Origin: an uncultured Verrucomicrobiae bacterium
Lineage (GTDB): Bacteria > Verrucomicrobiota > Verrucomicrobiia > Limisphaerales > JAFGQR01
Length of the DNA stretch: 64,000 bases
NCBI GenBank assembly: GCA_963788655.1
Contig: CAWBHS010000057.1
Location: 64,001 to 128,000, forward strand
Direction of reading: 5' to 3'
Below the pieces are notes generated by a model. The model saw only the letters and a program-made list of their open reading frames with translations. It had not been told where the DNA came from and did not search any database. Positions 46,074-56,406 of this stretch are shown here, piece by piece. Numbering within the stretch: the stretch's first letter is position 1; each line of letters opens with the position of its first letter. The position numbers and the translations under genes are program-made.

Positions 46074-47358
46074 ATGCGCATCGAACTGATCAACACCGGC
46101 AGCGAATTGATGCTGGGCCGGGTGCTGAATACCCACCAACAATGGCTGTGCCGCCAACTGGCGGACCGCGGTTACGTGGTCAATCGCCAGGTGGCCGTGG
46201 ACGATTCCGCGCCCGCCATTCAAGACGCGGTACGCGACGCGCTGGCGAGCGGCGGATTTGGTCATTACCACTGGCGGTTTGGGGCCGACCAGCGACGACC
46301 GCACGCGCGATCTGATTGCTCAATTGCTCGATCGGCCCCTGAAGGAAGATCCGACCATACGGCAGCGGATCGAGGAATTGATCGCCCGACGAGGACGCCG
46401 AGCCTTGCCCAGCTTACATGTGCAGGCGCTCGTGCCGGAAGGCGCGCTGGTGTTGCCCAATGCCCACGGCACTGCGCCCGGTCTGTTCCTCCGGATCAGT
46501 CCGAATTCGTTTCGTCCAAATGGTTGCCCGAGCCGATTGGTGATGTTGCCTGGACCGCCGCGCGAGTTGCGTCCCATGTTCCTCGACCAGTTGGTTCCCC
46601 TGCTCCGCCAGGAACTGCCCTTGGAGACGGACTTCGTCTGCCGTACGCTGCGCACCACCGGCCTGGGGGAGTCGCTGGTTGAAGCGCGAATTGCCGATCA
46701 ACTCACGGCGTTGACGGCCGCGGGAATGGATTTGGCCTTTTGCGCGCGGATCAGTGAAGTCGATGTCCGCCTGGCCGCTTATGGCCCCAATGCCAAGGCT
46801 CAGGTCAGCGAAGCCGAAGCCATCATTCGTCAACTCATCGGGGAGCTCATTTTCGGCGTGGATGATGACACGATGGAAGCCGTCATTGTGCGCATGTTGA
46901 CCGCGCGCAAGCAGACCGTGGCCTTGGCTGAGTCCTGCACGGGCGGGTTGCTGGCGCATCGTTTGACCAATGTGCCCGGCGCTTCGGTGGTGTTCCCCGG
47001 CGGCGTAGTTTCTTACAGCAACACTGCGAAGCAGGAATTACTGGGCGTGGCTGCCACCACCCTGGCTGAACATGGCGCCGTCAGTCAACACACCGCCCGC
47101 GAAATGGCTGTGGGCGCCCGCGCGCGGTTTGGTTCGGATTACGCGCTGGCAGTAACCGGCATTGCCGGCCCGACCGGCGGCAGCGAGGCCAAACCCGTGG
47201 GGACCGTTTTCATTGGCTTGGCGACTACGACCAACACCGAGGCCAGGAAATACTTCAATCCCGTCGATCGTGAAACGTTCAAATTCGTGACCTCCCAACA
47301 AGCATTGGAGCTGTTGCGCCGAGCCATGCGGAACGAAGCAGACGGAGAGGGTGGATAG
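46074..47358 (+). CDS. cinA: Competence/damage-inducible protein CinA (NMN deamidase C-terminal domain); frameshift at ~46245
   Basis: Motifs IELINTGSELMLG..NT, TTGGLGPTSDD.T, AESCTGG and TGIAGP.GG...KPVGTV. Confidence 0.92.
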
Positions 47359-47372
47359 CCTTCTGAACCCTG

Positions 47373-47448
47373 ACGCAGCGGCACCTCGGAAGAGCGCCGC
47401 AAGTTAATTTTGCTCCAGATGGCGGCGCTCTACCGAGACGCTGCTACG
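47373..47448. repeat. REP-like inverted pair
   Basis: gcagcggcacctcggaagagcgccgc is an imperfect inverse of gcggcgctctaccgagacgctgctac. Confidence 0.65.
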
Positions 47449-47466
47449 ATCATTGCCTCTCGACAC

Positions 47467-47496
47467 AAAAAAGCCCGCAGTCTTTCCTGCGGGCTT
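47467..47496 (-). terminator. Rho-independent terminator downstream of the ferredoxin
   Basis: Hairpin aagcccgcag-tctttc-ctgcgggctt followed by a U-tract on the minus strand. Confidence 0.8.
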
Positions 47497-47513
47497 CTCG
47501 ATAAAATTACGGC

Positions 47514-47747
47514 CTACGCCCCGTCATCGCCAATAGCTTCCACCGGGCAGCCTTCTTTGGCTTCGGTACACTGTTTTTCTTCATCGTCGTTCTCCGGTTG
47601 TTTGGCGACGTAGGAATAACCACCGTCTTCATTGCGCTTAAAGTTGTTCGGGGCGGTTTCGCGGCACAGGTCGCAGTCAATGCATTGATTGTCCACGTAA
47701 TACTTGCCGGCGGTGTTTTCCGGATATTTGTTTGCGATATCTGCCAT
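47514..47747 (-). CDS. Ferredoxin (single 4Fe-4S type)
   Basis: CIDCDLC...CPVEAIG. Confidence 0.93.
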   Translation of the reverse strand: MADIANKYPENTAGKYYVDNQCIDCDLCRETAPNNFKRNEDGGYSYVAKQPENDDEEKQCTEAKEGCPVEAIGDDGA

Positions 47748-48024
47748 AAATTCAGTGTTTAATAGTTAAAAACTTCGGTGAGTTTTGCGGCTGGACGCCC
47801 AAATGGCAAGTCCCAATTCGTCCGCAGCCAAAATTACCTGTGCTTACCGCCAGAACCCACTGGGCACGATTGCGAACTCGAGCTATCCCCGTTCCGAATT
47901 ACGGGAGTTGCTCAGTCGCTGCGAGAGGACCGCTTGCTGGCGCAGTGCCTGCGCCAACTGCTAATTGAATCCCTGCGGACAGAGCCTTACCGTATTGCTG
48001 AACTCCTTCCGATTTGGCGCGAGA

Positions 48025-48208
48025 TCGCGATTCATGCTTTCCAGCGCCGTCATGAACGCCTTCATGTGCGTGATTTCGCGCGTCATCAAAAATTGCAGCG
48101 CCGCATTCGAGCCCGCGTCATCGCAGAAATTAAGCAACCGTTCATAAGTGATTTTCGCCCGCGCTTCGGCGGCAAGGTCGCTGCGCAAATCCACGTCCAG
48201 TTCGCGCC
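48025..48208 (-). pseudogene. Internal fragment of a manganese catalase (KatN-like)
   Basis: ELDVDLRSDLAAEARAKITYERL..DD...LQFLMTREITHMKAF..ALESM; the N-terminal part is absent. Confidence 0.8.
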
Positions 48209-49347
48209 GCACGGTTTGGCGCCGGCCGCACGGACTCCGTCAACTTACGGGTCAGGCCGCCGGGCCGTTGTTCGCGGAGTTGTTGTTGCAGAAGGGTCAG
48301 GACGGCCGCTTCCTCCGGGCGCAACTTCCCCACCGACTGGCGGATTTCGCGTTCGGCTTTTTGACGCAACGTTTGGGTGAGCGTCCCGTCCAAATACGTT
48401 TCCCAGATGACCGGATGGACGTAGCATTTTTTGCAGATGGTAGGCGTGTTGCCCAGGCGTTCGGCCACGTGTTCGATGGCGCGCACAATGTTCTTCTTCG
48501 CCTGCGCTTGGGAGTCAATCTGCTCGAACTCCGCCAGGGCCAGCGCGGCGAGCACCGTGCCGGTCCACGTGCGAAAATCTTTGGCGGTGAAATCACGCCC
48601 GGAGATCTCGCGCAGGTAATCGTTGACCTCGGAGGACGTCACATCATGCCGCACGCCTTCCTGGTCCACGTATTGAAATAATTCCTGTCCAGGTAGATCG
48701 CGGCATTGGCGGATGACGCGGGCCAGTTTCGGATGATTCAGGTCAATGGTGTGTTCCTTGCCGAGTTTGCCGCGGAAATGAAATTGGACGCGCGAACCGT
48801 TGATCTTCGCATGACGGTCTTTCAGCGTGGTCAGACCGTAGGACTTGTTCGTACGGGCATATTCATCGTTGCCAACGCGGATGCAGCTCAGTTCCAGCAA
48901 ACGCACAATGGCCGCCAGCACTTTGTCGCGCGTGAGGCCGGGCTGGCGGAGATGTTGGCGCGCCTGGCGCCGGATCTTCGGCAACGCTTTGCCGAAATCG
49001 ACCATGCGATCATACTTCAATTCGTCGCGCACCTTCCGCCAGCGCGCGTGATACCGGTACTGCTTGCGCCCGCGGGCATCCCGTCCTGTGGCCTGCAAAT
49101 GGCCCTGGGCGTCGGAACAGATCCAGACGTCGGTCCACGCCGGTGGGATCGCCAAGGATTTAATTCGCTGAAGCTGGCGGACGTCGCGCAAGGATTTGCC
49201 TTCTGGTCCGACGTAACGAAATCCTTTGCCCGCCCGCACCCGCCGGATGCCGGGCCGGTCGTCGGTAACATAGTGCAAGCCGGCTTGATCGGCGGACGCT
49301 GCGGGTTCAAGAATGGGCGGCTGGGCATGCACGAGGGAATCGGCCAA
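48142..49347 (-). CDS. Bacterial DNA topoisomerase IB; 3' end runs into the catalase fragment
   Basis: Motifs LAIPPAW, GRKQYRYH, IRVGN, FTAKDFRTW and LGNTPTICKKCYVHP. The exact start codon is uncertain. Confidence 0.9.
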   Translation of the reverse strand: MADSLVHAQPPILEPAASADQAGLHYVTDDRPGIRRVRAGKGFRYVGPEGKSLRDVRQLQRIKSLAIPPAWTDVWICSDAQGHLQATGRDARGRKQYRYHARWRKVRDELKYDRMVDFGKALPKIRRQARQHLRQPGLTRDKVLAAIVRLLELSCIRVGNDEYARTNKSYGLTTLKDRHAKINGSRVQFHFRGKLGKEHTIDLNHPKLARVIRQCRDLPGQELFQYVDQEGVRHDVTSSEVNDYLREISGRDFTAKDFRTWTGTVLAALALAEFEQIDSQAQAKKNIVRAIEHVAERLGNTPTICKKCYVHPVIWETYLDGTLTQTLRQKAEREIRQSVGKLRPEEAAVLTLLQQQLREQRPGGLTRKLTESVRPAPNRAARTGRGFAQRPCRRSAGENHL

Positions 49348-49388
49348 AATAAAAATTGCGGATGACTCGCCACACGGAATCCCGGCGC

Positions 49389-50262
49389 TCAACTGAACAT
49401 GCTGCGGCCGCCGTTGGCATGGATCACCTGGCCGGTGATATAAGACGAATCGGCTTCGGACGCGAGGAAGACATAACTGGGCGCCATCTCCGCCGGTTGA
49501 CCGGGGCGTTTCATGGGAGTCAACAGTCCGAACTCTTCCACGTCCTCCGCGCGGAACGACGCGGGAATCAACGGCGTCCAAACCGGTCCCGGCGCCACCG
49601 CGTTCACACGAATGCCTTTCGCAACCAATTCCTTCGCCAGCGAGCGGGTGAAGCTCAAAATGCCAGCCTTGGTGCACGGCATAATCCATCAACGACGGCG
49701 ACGGATCATAGGCTTGCACGGAAGTGGTATTGATCATCGAAGCGCCGGCCCGCAGATACGGCAGGGCCGCGCGGGTGAGATAAAAGAAGCCAAACAAGTT
49801 CGTCCGGAACGTCCGTTCCACCTGCTCGGGCGTCAAGGCTTCCACTCCTTCAATGTCGTCTTGCTTCGCGGCATTGTTGACGATGATGTCCAATTGCCCG
49901 AATGCCTCCCGCGTCTCATCCACTACCTTTTGACAAAACGCGTCGTCGCCGATGTCCCCCGCCATTTTCAGCACGCGGCTGCCCAGTTCCTCGATTCGCC
50001 CGGCTGTTTGATCGGCATCTTCGTGTTCGTTCAAATACACGATGGCCACGTCCGCGCCTTCCTTGGCGAAGAGCAACGCCACCGCCCGGCCAATGCCACT
50101 GTCGCCTCCAGTGATAATCGCCACTTTATCCTTCAGTTTGCCGGCGGGACGGTAGGCGGGGTCTTCGTCCAACGGTCGCGGTTGCATGGCGGCTTCGCTG
50201 CCGGGCAGTTCTTGTTCCTGAGGTGGCGGGCTTCCCGGTTGCTTCTCCATTTTTTGGAACAT
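49389..50262 (-). CDS. SDR oxidoreductase (YhdF/YghA-like general stress protein); frameshift at ~49675
   Basis: TGGDSGIGRA, NNA and DYA.TK; the C-terminal half (GIRVNAVAPGPVWTPL) lies in ORF 49389-49682. Confidence 0.9.
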
Positions 50263-50981
50263 AACAAAATATCAAGTTTTGTATCCAGTGATTCCCATGC
50301 GGGCCGCATTGGAGTTCAACCTTCAGATGGTTTGAACGGCCTACATCCATTTGCCCAAGCTGAAGCTTGAATTCCAGCAGTTGCGCAACGGATCCCAACG
50401 CCAACATGAGCATTGCGATTGCGTTATCTGAACGGTGAATGAATTGCCGTCAGCAAGATCCAGCCGAACTGGTACAGCGCTCATTCACCGCTGATCTTTT
50501 AGCATTTGGGTTGCCAGGCTCGCGCGGCCTCCAATGCTCAAAGATTGGCGCAGTTGCCGCCGCGCAGCATACGCCCAACGCCTGCAATCTGCACGGCGAG
50601 CGGAGCCAGCAGTCTGCAAGTTGCATTCGCGCTGGCAGCCGACGCAGTGCCGGGAGCGGTTCCTTTGTGAAGTCCTTGCCCAATCGGAGGTGGAAAATCC
50701 TCGCCGCCTGCTTCGGCACGCTTCCGGCTTGAAGAAACGGGAAATGACGCAGGGCGATTCAGTTGAACTGGGGAACGCACACGTGTCGCCAGAGCCAGTC
50801 AGCGACACGCCGGCGGGGACAGCCGGAGAGTTGCGCTCCCCAATCCAATTGAAGGGTTACGTGGAAGAGCCTGTTTTAACCTCGGGCGAGGAACCTGGTC
50901 GAATTTCAAAACCGGCTCTAAGTCCGTTCCCTCCATGAAAGACACGAATCGACGGAACATCATCGTGATCGGCGAGGCATT

Positions 50982-52241
50982 ATGACGCGCATCCCCCGCG
51001 ACAAAAGCCCGGACAGCACGCTGGCGCTGCTGCGCGATCCCTATCGGTTCATCTCCAAACGCTGCCAGTGGCATGGTTCGGATATCTTCGAAACCCGGCT
51101 CCTGTTGCGCCGCACGATATGCCTGCGAGGCCGCGAGGCGGCGCGCCTTTTCTACAATCAGGAGCGCTTCGTTCGTCATGGCGCGCCGCCCGGGCGAATT
51201 CAGAAGACGCTCTTTGGCCGAGGCGGCGTTCAAAGTCTGGACGACGGCGCCCATACGCATCGCAAACAGATGTTCATGGCGCTCGTGACGGGGGAACAGG
51301 TGCGCGCCTTGACGGAAATCATGACCGCGGTCTGGCGGCAGACACTGCCTGACTGGGAAGCGCGCGGAACGATTGTCCTTTACGAGGAAACCCGCGAGAT
51401 CCTGACGCGCGCCGTCTGCCGCTGGGCCGGCGTGCCGCTGGAAGAACGCGACGTGGCACGGCGGACGCGAGACTTGACGGCGCTGTTCGACAATGCCGGA
51501 AACATCGGACCGCAGCACTGGTGGGCGCGCTATGCCCGCCGGCGGGCCAATCGGTGGATCGAAGAAGTGGTGGCGCGGATTCGCCGCGGTGAAGTGGAGG
51601 CACCGGCGGCAAGCGCCGTACAGGTCATTGCGCAGCACCGTGATTTAAGCGGCGAGCGGTTGCCGCTCCGCGTGGCGGCAGTCGAGGTATTGAACCTCCT
51701 GCGGCCGACTGTGGCCGTGGCGGTTTATATCACGCTCGCGGCGCACGCACTGCGCACTCAGCCCGAATGCCGGAAGAAATTGGCCGGGGGCGCCAACGGA
51801 TACACGGACAGCTTTGTGCAAGAGGTCCGCCGCTTTTATCCGTTCTTTCCGGCACTCGTGGCGCGGGTGCGACGCGATTTTGAATGGCTCAATTACCCGT
51901 TTCCAAAAGGCAGACGCGTGATGCTGGATCTGTACGGCACCAACCATGATGCACGCCTATGGGATGCCCCGGAAGAATTTCGGCCAGAACGCTTTGATGG
52001 CTGGCGGGGGGATCCGTTCGGCTTCGTGCCGCAAGGCGGCGGTGAGGCAGAGATCCATCATCGATGTCCGGGAGAAGGCATCGCGATGGAATTAACGAAG
52101 ACCGCGGTCCGAATCCTCTTGCAGCACATCACTTATGAGGTGCCGGAACAAGACTTGAAGATTGACTACACCCGCCTCCCCGCGCTGCCCCGGAGTCATT
52201 TTATCCTGACCGAAATCCGGAGCCGTTCGCCTTTACTTTGA
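50982..52241 (+). CDS. Cytochrome P450, CYP152 fatty-acid peroxygenase family
   Basis: Motifs NLLRP, EVRRFYPF, LDLYGTNHD and PQGGG....HRCPGE. Confidence 0.92.
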   Translation: MTRIPRDKSPDSTLALLRDPYRFISKRCQWHGSDIFETRLLLRRTICLRGREAARLFYNQERFVRHGAPPGRIQKTLFGRGGVQSLDDGAHTHRKQMFMALVTGEQVRALTEIMTAVWRQTLPDWEARGTIVLYEETREILTRAVCRWAGVPLEERDVARRTRDLTALFDNAGNIGPQHWWARYARRRANRWIEEVVARIRRGEVEAPAASAVQVIAQHRDLSGERLPLRVAAVEVLNLLRPTVAVAVYITLAAHALRTQPECRKKLAGGANGYTDSFVQEVRRFYPFFPALVARVRRDFEWLNYPFPKGRRVMLDLYGTNHDARLWDAPEEFRPERFDGWRGDPFGFVPQGGGEAEIHHRCPGEGIAMELTKTAVRILLQHITYEVPEQDLKIDYTRLPALPRSHFILTEIRSRSPLL

Positions 52242-52316
52242 CCGTTCCAAACCAGGTGCCTTCCCCCCATGCATTAGGCAATAGGCGCGCGGGCTTGAAA
52301 CTAATTCGGGCAATCC

Positions 52317-53599
52317 TCATCCTTCAGCGGAGGCGGGCTGTCCCTGGTGATGCTGGTCTTCGCGAGCTTCCTTGTTTTGAGTTCGGCCAAGCCAGCGCGA
52401 GAACGGCGTGGCGGTAAGGCCATGGAGGACCAGCGAAACGGTAATCACGAGACTGGTCAGCGGCCAGACCAGTTCACTGCCGGTCTTATGATGAGCATAG
52501 GTGGCGTAAAAGAGCGCCGCAATGCCCACGGGGCCAAACCAGCTCAGGAACAGGATTTCCCGCCACGTGTGCAGGCTTTTGTAGAATGGGCGTAACATCA
52601 GAACGGTCGGGATCCGTCTCCCGAACACAATGCACACAGCCGCAAAAACTCCGCCCCAGCCCCACGTCTTCCATTGCTCGATAGGCAACTCCAACCCGAG
52701 CAGAATGAAGATCGGAACGATGAAAAAGCGGTTAATCATTTCCTGTTCCTGTTTCTGTTCCTTTTCTTCGCGCTTGCCGAGAACATGTACGAGAACACTG
52801 CCCCGGTCACGAAGACGCCGAGGATGGCGTTCGCGTTGAGCAAACGGATCACCGCCAGCGCCGTGAGCGAAAGGGCGATTCTAAATCCCCCGTGCGCCGA
52901 CGACTCCATCCATTCCCGCTGCTCCACGAACTTGAACGCGCGGGCAGCCAGAAACCCAAGCATGGCCCCGATCGCAATGCCCATTCCCTGCTCGTGCAAC
53001 AGCGATTGGGTCGCCCACTCGGACCAACCTTTTGCGGGGATTGGGTGCGTCAGCATCATAATCGGCAGCGTGGCGAAAATGAATGCCAGCCCGTCATTCG
53101 CCCCTGATTCGGCGGAGATATTGTAGCGCACTTGATCCGGCAGATTCTTTTCGGCAATCGAGCCGGTAACGATGGGCGTAGAGACCACTGGATCGGTCGG
53201 AGTTACGATCGCGCCGGCCATCAATGAAGTCCAAAAACCGACCTCCCAGAACCAATGCACCAGCGCGCTGGAGATGAACCACATCATGAACATGCCGGCC
53301 AGGAGAATCGTCACCAGCCAATTCCGATTTCGGGCCCAATAGAAGCTCGGCAGCCGCAGCGCGATACCCATCAGACCAATCGCCAAGGTAAACCGCGCGG
53401 CATCCTCCAGCACGCGCATTGGCTCGCCAAAGTTTTCGAGTCGGACCCAACCCAGCACATGCGGTCCGGCCACGAACCCGATAACCAGCGCCAGCAATGG
53501 ATCGCAGAGCCACACGGAGCGCGCGCGGGCGGACACCGCGTTCAGCAGCAGGACGGCGCCGGCGAGCACAGCGACGACTATGAATAGGTTGTTGGGCAT
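52317..53599 (-). CDS. CPA1/NhaP-type cation:proton antiporter; frameshift at ~52760
   Basis: Motifs TPTDPV, ESGANDG and WFGPVG..ALFY; many transmembrane helices. Confidence 0.88.
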
Positions 53600-53817
53600 A
53601 TGCAGAATCTTGGATTCACGCGCGGACGGATGCGGTCACGCCGCCGCGTATCCTGTCTGACCTCTCCGGAATCGCCGTGCTGTCGCCGTTCATCGTTTTG
53701 CCTGGCCATCGCCGCGACCCCACCGCGTCAGGATCGCTTCCCGATGATAGAATAGGTTTGGTTTCGTCCATCGCATTTTTGTGTTGGCCGCGGCCTGCGG
53801 CATCTTCGGAGCATTCC

Positions 53818-53832
53818 GCAAACACCGTGCCA
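53818..53832 (-). promoter_or_regulatory. Sigma54 (-24/-12) promoter
   Basis: TGGCACGGTGTTTGC matches the TGGCACG-N4-TTGC consensus; it is intergenic and oriented toward the antiporter. Confidence 0.65.
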
Positions 53833-54048
53833 CCCTCTCCCGAGCCTTGAGTCGCGCCGGAGGCGTAACGATTCAATCAGGACCAGAGACAACAGGAAAT
53901 GATTTGGTATTTTATAAGGACGACGCAAACTCGTCGTCCAGTGACTGCGTCCATGCGCCACCCAAGCCTCTTGCCGAGCGTGCCCCAGCCTCTAGGTTCT
54001 CGGTCGCCTTGGTTCATTGTGGGGGTTCAAAGGATTCCTACTTCAGGC

Positions 54049-55119
54049 TCATTGCGGCTTTTCGTGAAGGATATCTTCCAGATAGAGCGTCTGCACCACG
54101 ACCATGGCGACGACGATCAACGGCGTTGCCCACAACACGCCCCAAATCCCAAAAAGGCTGCCGAGCAGAAGCTGGCCGCTAATCAACAACGCAGGCGGTA
54201 CCGCCACAGTCCGCTTCTGAATGAGTGGCGTGATCAGATTACCTTCCAATGCCTGCGCTACCACATACACAATCAGCGCGTAGAGCACCGTCATCCGTCC
54301 TTGCGTCCACGCCACCAGAAGTCCCGGGATCGCCGCCACGATGGGACCGATGAAGGGCACGAAGGTTAGCAAACCAGCGATCAGTCCCAGGGCCAACGCC
54401 ATGGGCACCCCGGCAATCCACAGCCCCAAACCGGTGAGGGTACCGGTGACCGCCATGGACGCAAAGCGCCCAACAAACCACCACCGCAGCGTGGTCCCCA
54501 GCCGCGCCGCCACCTCGCCATAACGCGCACGTCGTTCGGGGGGCACCAGGCGCAGGGTGTGATGCCGATAGAAGCCGGGATTCACCGCCAGGTAAATCGC
54601 GGTGACCGCCAGGATCAACAAGTTGGTCACGGCACCCAAGGCCGTCGAAAAAATGCTGCGCGTGGAATTCCAAATCGAGCGGAGGCTCAGGCTCGACCCG
54701 CTGCTGCCCTTGAATGCGTCGCCAGAAACCAACGGTCGAGTCCAATCGTTCTGCCGCAGCAATCCCTCCACCTGATTGACTCCTTGCGACGCCCGTTGCG
54801 AGATTTGGTTGAATTGGCTGCTGATGCGGGCGCCCAGCAGCCAGCCAACGGCGACGGGCACACCCAGGCTCAACAGGATAAAAAGCAGCAAGCCGAGCCA
54901 TCGCGGCAGACGGACGTTGCGCGCCAGCCAAACACTGACGCCATCCATCAGCACGGCCAGGACAGTGGCGCCGAAGAGCACCAACAACACGTGCGCAAAG
55001 GTCGGCAACAGCCGCAATGCAATGAGGACCACCACAACGATGGCCCACAAAACGATCGGCCGCTTCAACCAAGAACCGGAACGTGTGCCTTTCTGCTGTG
55101 CCGCGTTGCCCGCCATCAA
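54049..55119 (-). CDS. AI-2E family transporter
   Basis: Motifs LLTFVPFIGP, QALEGNLITPLI and GIWGVLWATPL. Confidence 0.9.
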   Translation of the reverse strand: MMAGNAAQQKGTRSGSWLKRPIVLWAIVVVVLIALRLLPTFAHVLLVLFGATVLAVLMDGVSVWLARNVRLPRWLGLLLFILLSLGVPVAVGWLLGARISSQFNQISQRASQGVNQVEGLLRQNDWTRPLVSGDAFKGSSGSSLSLRSIWNSTRSIFSTALGAVTNLLILAVTAIYLAVNPGFYRHHTLRLVPPERRARYGEVAARLGTTLRWWFVGRFASMAVTGTLTGLGLWIAGVPMALALGLIAGLLTFVPFIGPIVAAIPGLLVAWTQGRMTVLYALIVYVVAQALEGNLITPLIQKRTVAVPPALLISGQLLLGSLFGIWGVLWATPLIVVAMVVVQTLYLEDILHEKPQ

Positions 55120-55123
55120 ACCA

Positions 55124-56124
55124 TCACTTCCTTGATTTGGCCGCCAGTCCTACAGCGGCGCCCAGGGCACCCAATCCCGTCCACAACCAACCGCGGTTCT
55201 TGGTCAGCCAAAGCTGACGGCTTCGCGGCCGCGCCATTTGGTCGAAGGCGCCGTGGGCGCCATGATCCCCTGGCAACGGTTCGATCAAATTGTCCGCGCG
55301 GTCCGGTTCGACCGGTTGACCGCGGAGCTGGCTTTGGTACCCGTGGCGGCCCAGATACCGGTCCAGCAGCCGGGGCGCGAAACGATTGGCCCAAATCGTC
55401 GCCACCGAGGACGCCCCCACAAAGATCTCATTCCGTTTGTGGCGCGAGGCGAAGACGATCGCATCGGCGGCCACCTCGGGCTGATAAATGGGGGGGACCG
55501 GCTGCGCTTTGCGCGGCAGCCGATTGCGCACCCAGCCGAACTGCGGGGTGTTCAACGCCGGCATCTGGACCATGCAAATGCGAAGCTGACTCCGGTCGTG
55601 CATCAATTCGCAGCGGACCGACTCGGTGAATCCTTGAATGGCATGTTTGCAGGCGCAGTAAGCGGACTGGAGGGGAATGCCCCGGTAGGCCAGCGCGGAA
55701 CCGACCTGCACCACCACGCCGGTATTGCGCGGCCGCATCCGACGCAAGGCCGCCAGCGTGCCCCAAACGAATCCCAGATATGTCACGTCGGTGACGCGTT
55801 TGTATTCCGCGGGCGTCATTTCGATCGCCGGCGAAAACACGGTGACCATGGCGTTGTTCACCCACACATCAATCGGCCCCAGTTCGCGTTCAGCGGCTTC
55901 GGCAGCGGCTTCCACCTGATCCGGATCCGCCACGTCCGCCGGATGAACGAGGGCCCGGCCGCCAATCGCTTCGACTTCGCGCTTGGCCTGTTCAAGTCCT
56001 TCTTGGCCGCGCGCGATCAGGCAAATGTTGGCGTGCTCGCGGGCGAAGGCCCGGGCGGTCGCGCGTCCGACTCCGGCCGAGGCGCCAGTGATGACAATCG
56101 TTCTTGCGGGTGGTTGGTGCTCAT
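55124..56124 (-). CDS. SDR oxidoreductase; indel just after the ATG
   Basis: The frame extends upstream to RTIVITGASAGVGRA; also WVNNAM and YCACKHA. Confidence 0.88.
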
Positions 56125-56211
56125 TTTAATTCAACTTTTGATAGAGAGGAGACTTCGTTCAACGGTTTGCCATTGGCAGTGAATTCCGAAAAATCCCGCA
56201 CTATCCCTTCA

Positions 56212-56226
56212 GCCTAGTCTGTGCCA
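56212..56226 (-). promoter_or_regulatory. Possible sigma54 promoter
   Basis: TGGCACAGACTAGGC (GG-N10-GC), ~90 bp upstream of the SDR. Confidence 0.4.
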
Positions 56227-56406
56227 GCGAGTTCTGATCGTCCCAGTCCACTGTTTTACTGTTGTATTTGGTTCTCACCAATGGATGAGAATTCCTGCTG
56301 GTCTGCAAATTGCCATTGAACGGGTGCTGGCACCTTGCAGAACGCAACGGCAAAACGAGCGGTGATTGCGCTTCTATTTATCCTGCTGACGCTAATTTCA
56401 TGCTTG

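Noticed and set aside
48142..50262. 706-aa SDR-topoisomerase IB fusion ORF
   Set aside because: This is an artefact of one indel at ~49675. The SDR C-terminus and its own stop are in another frame (49389-49682).
50270..50700. Short ORFs or gene remnant upstream of the SDR
   Set aside because: No recognisable family or consistent reading frame, so it cannot be supported.
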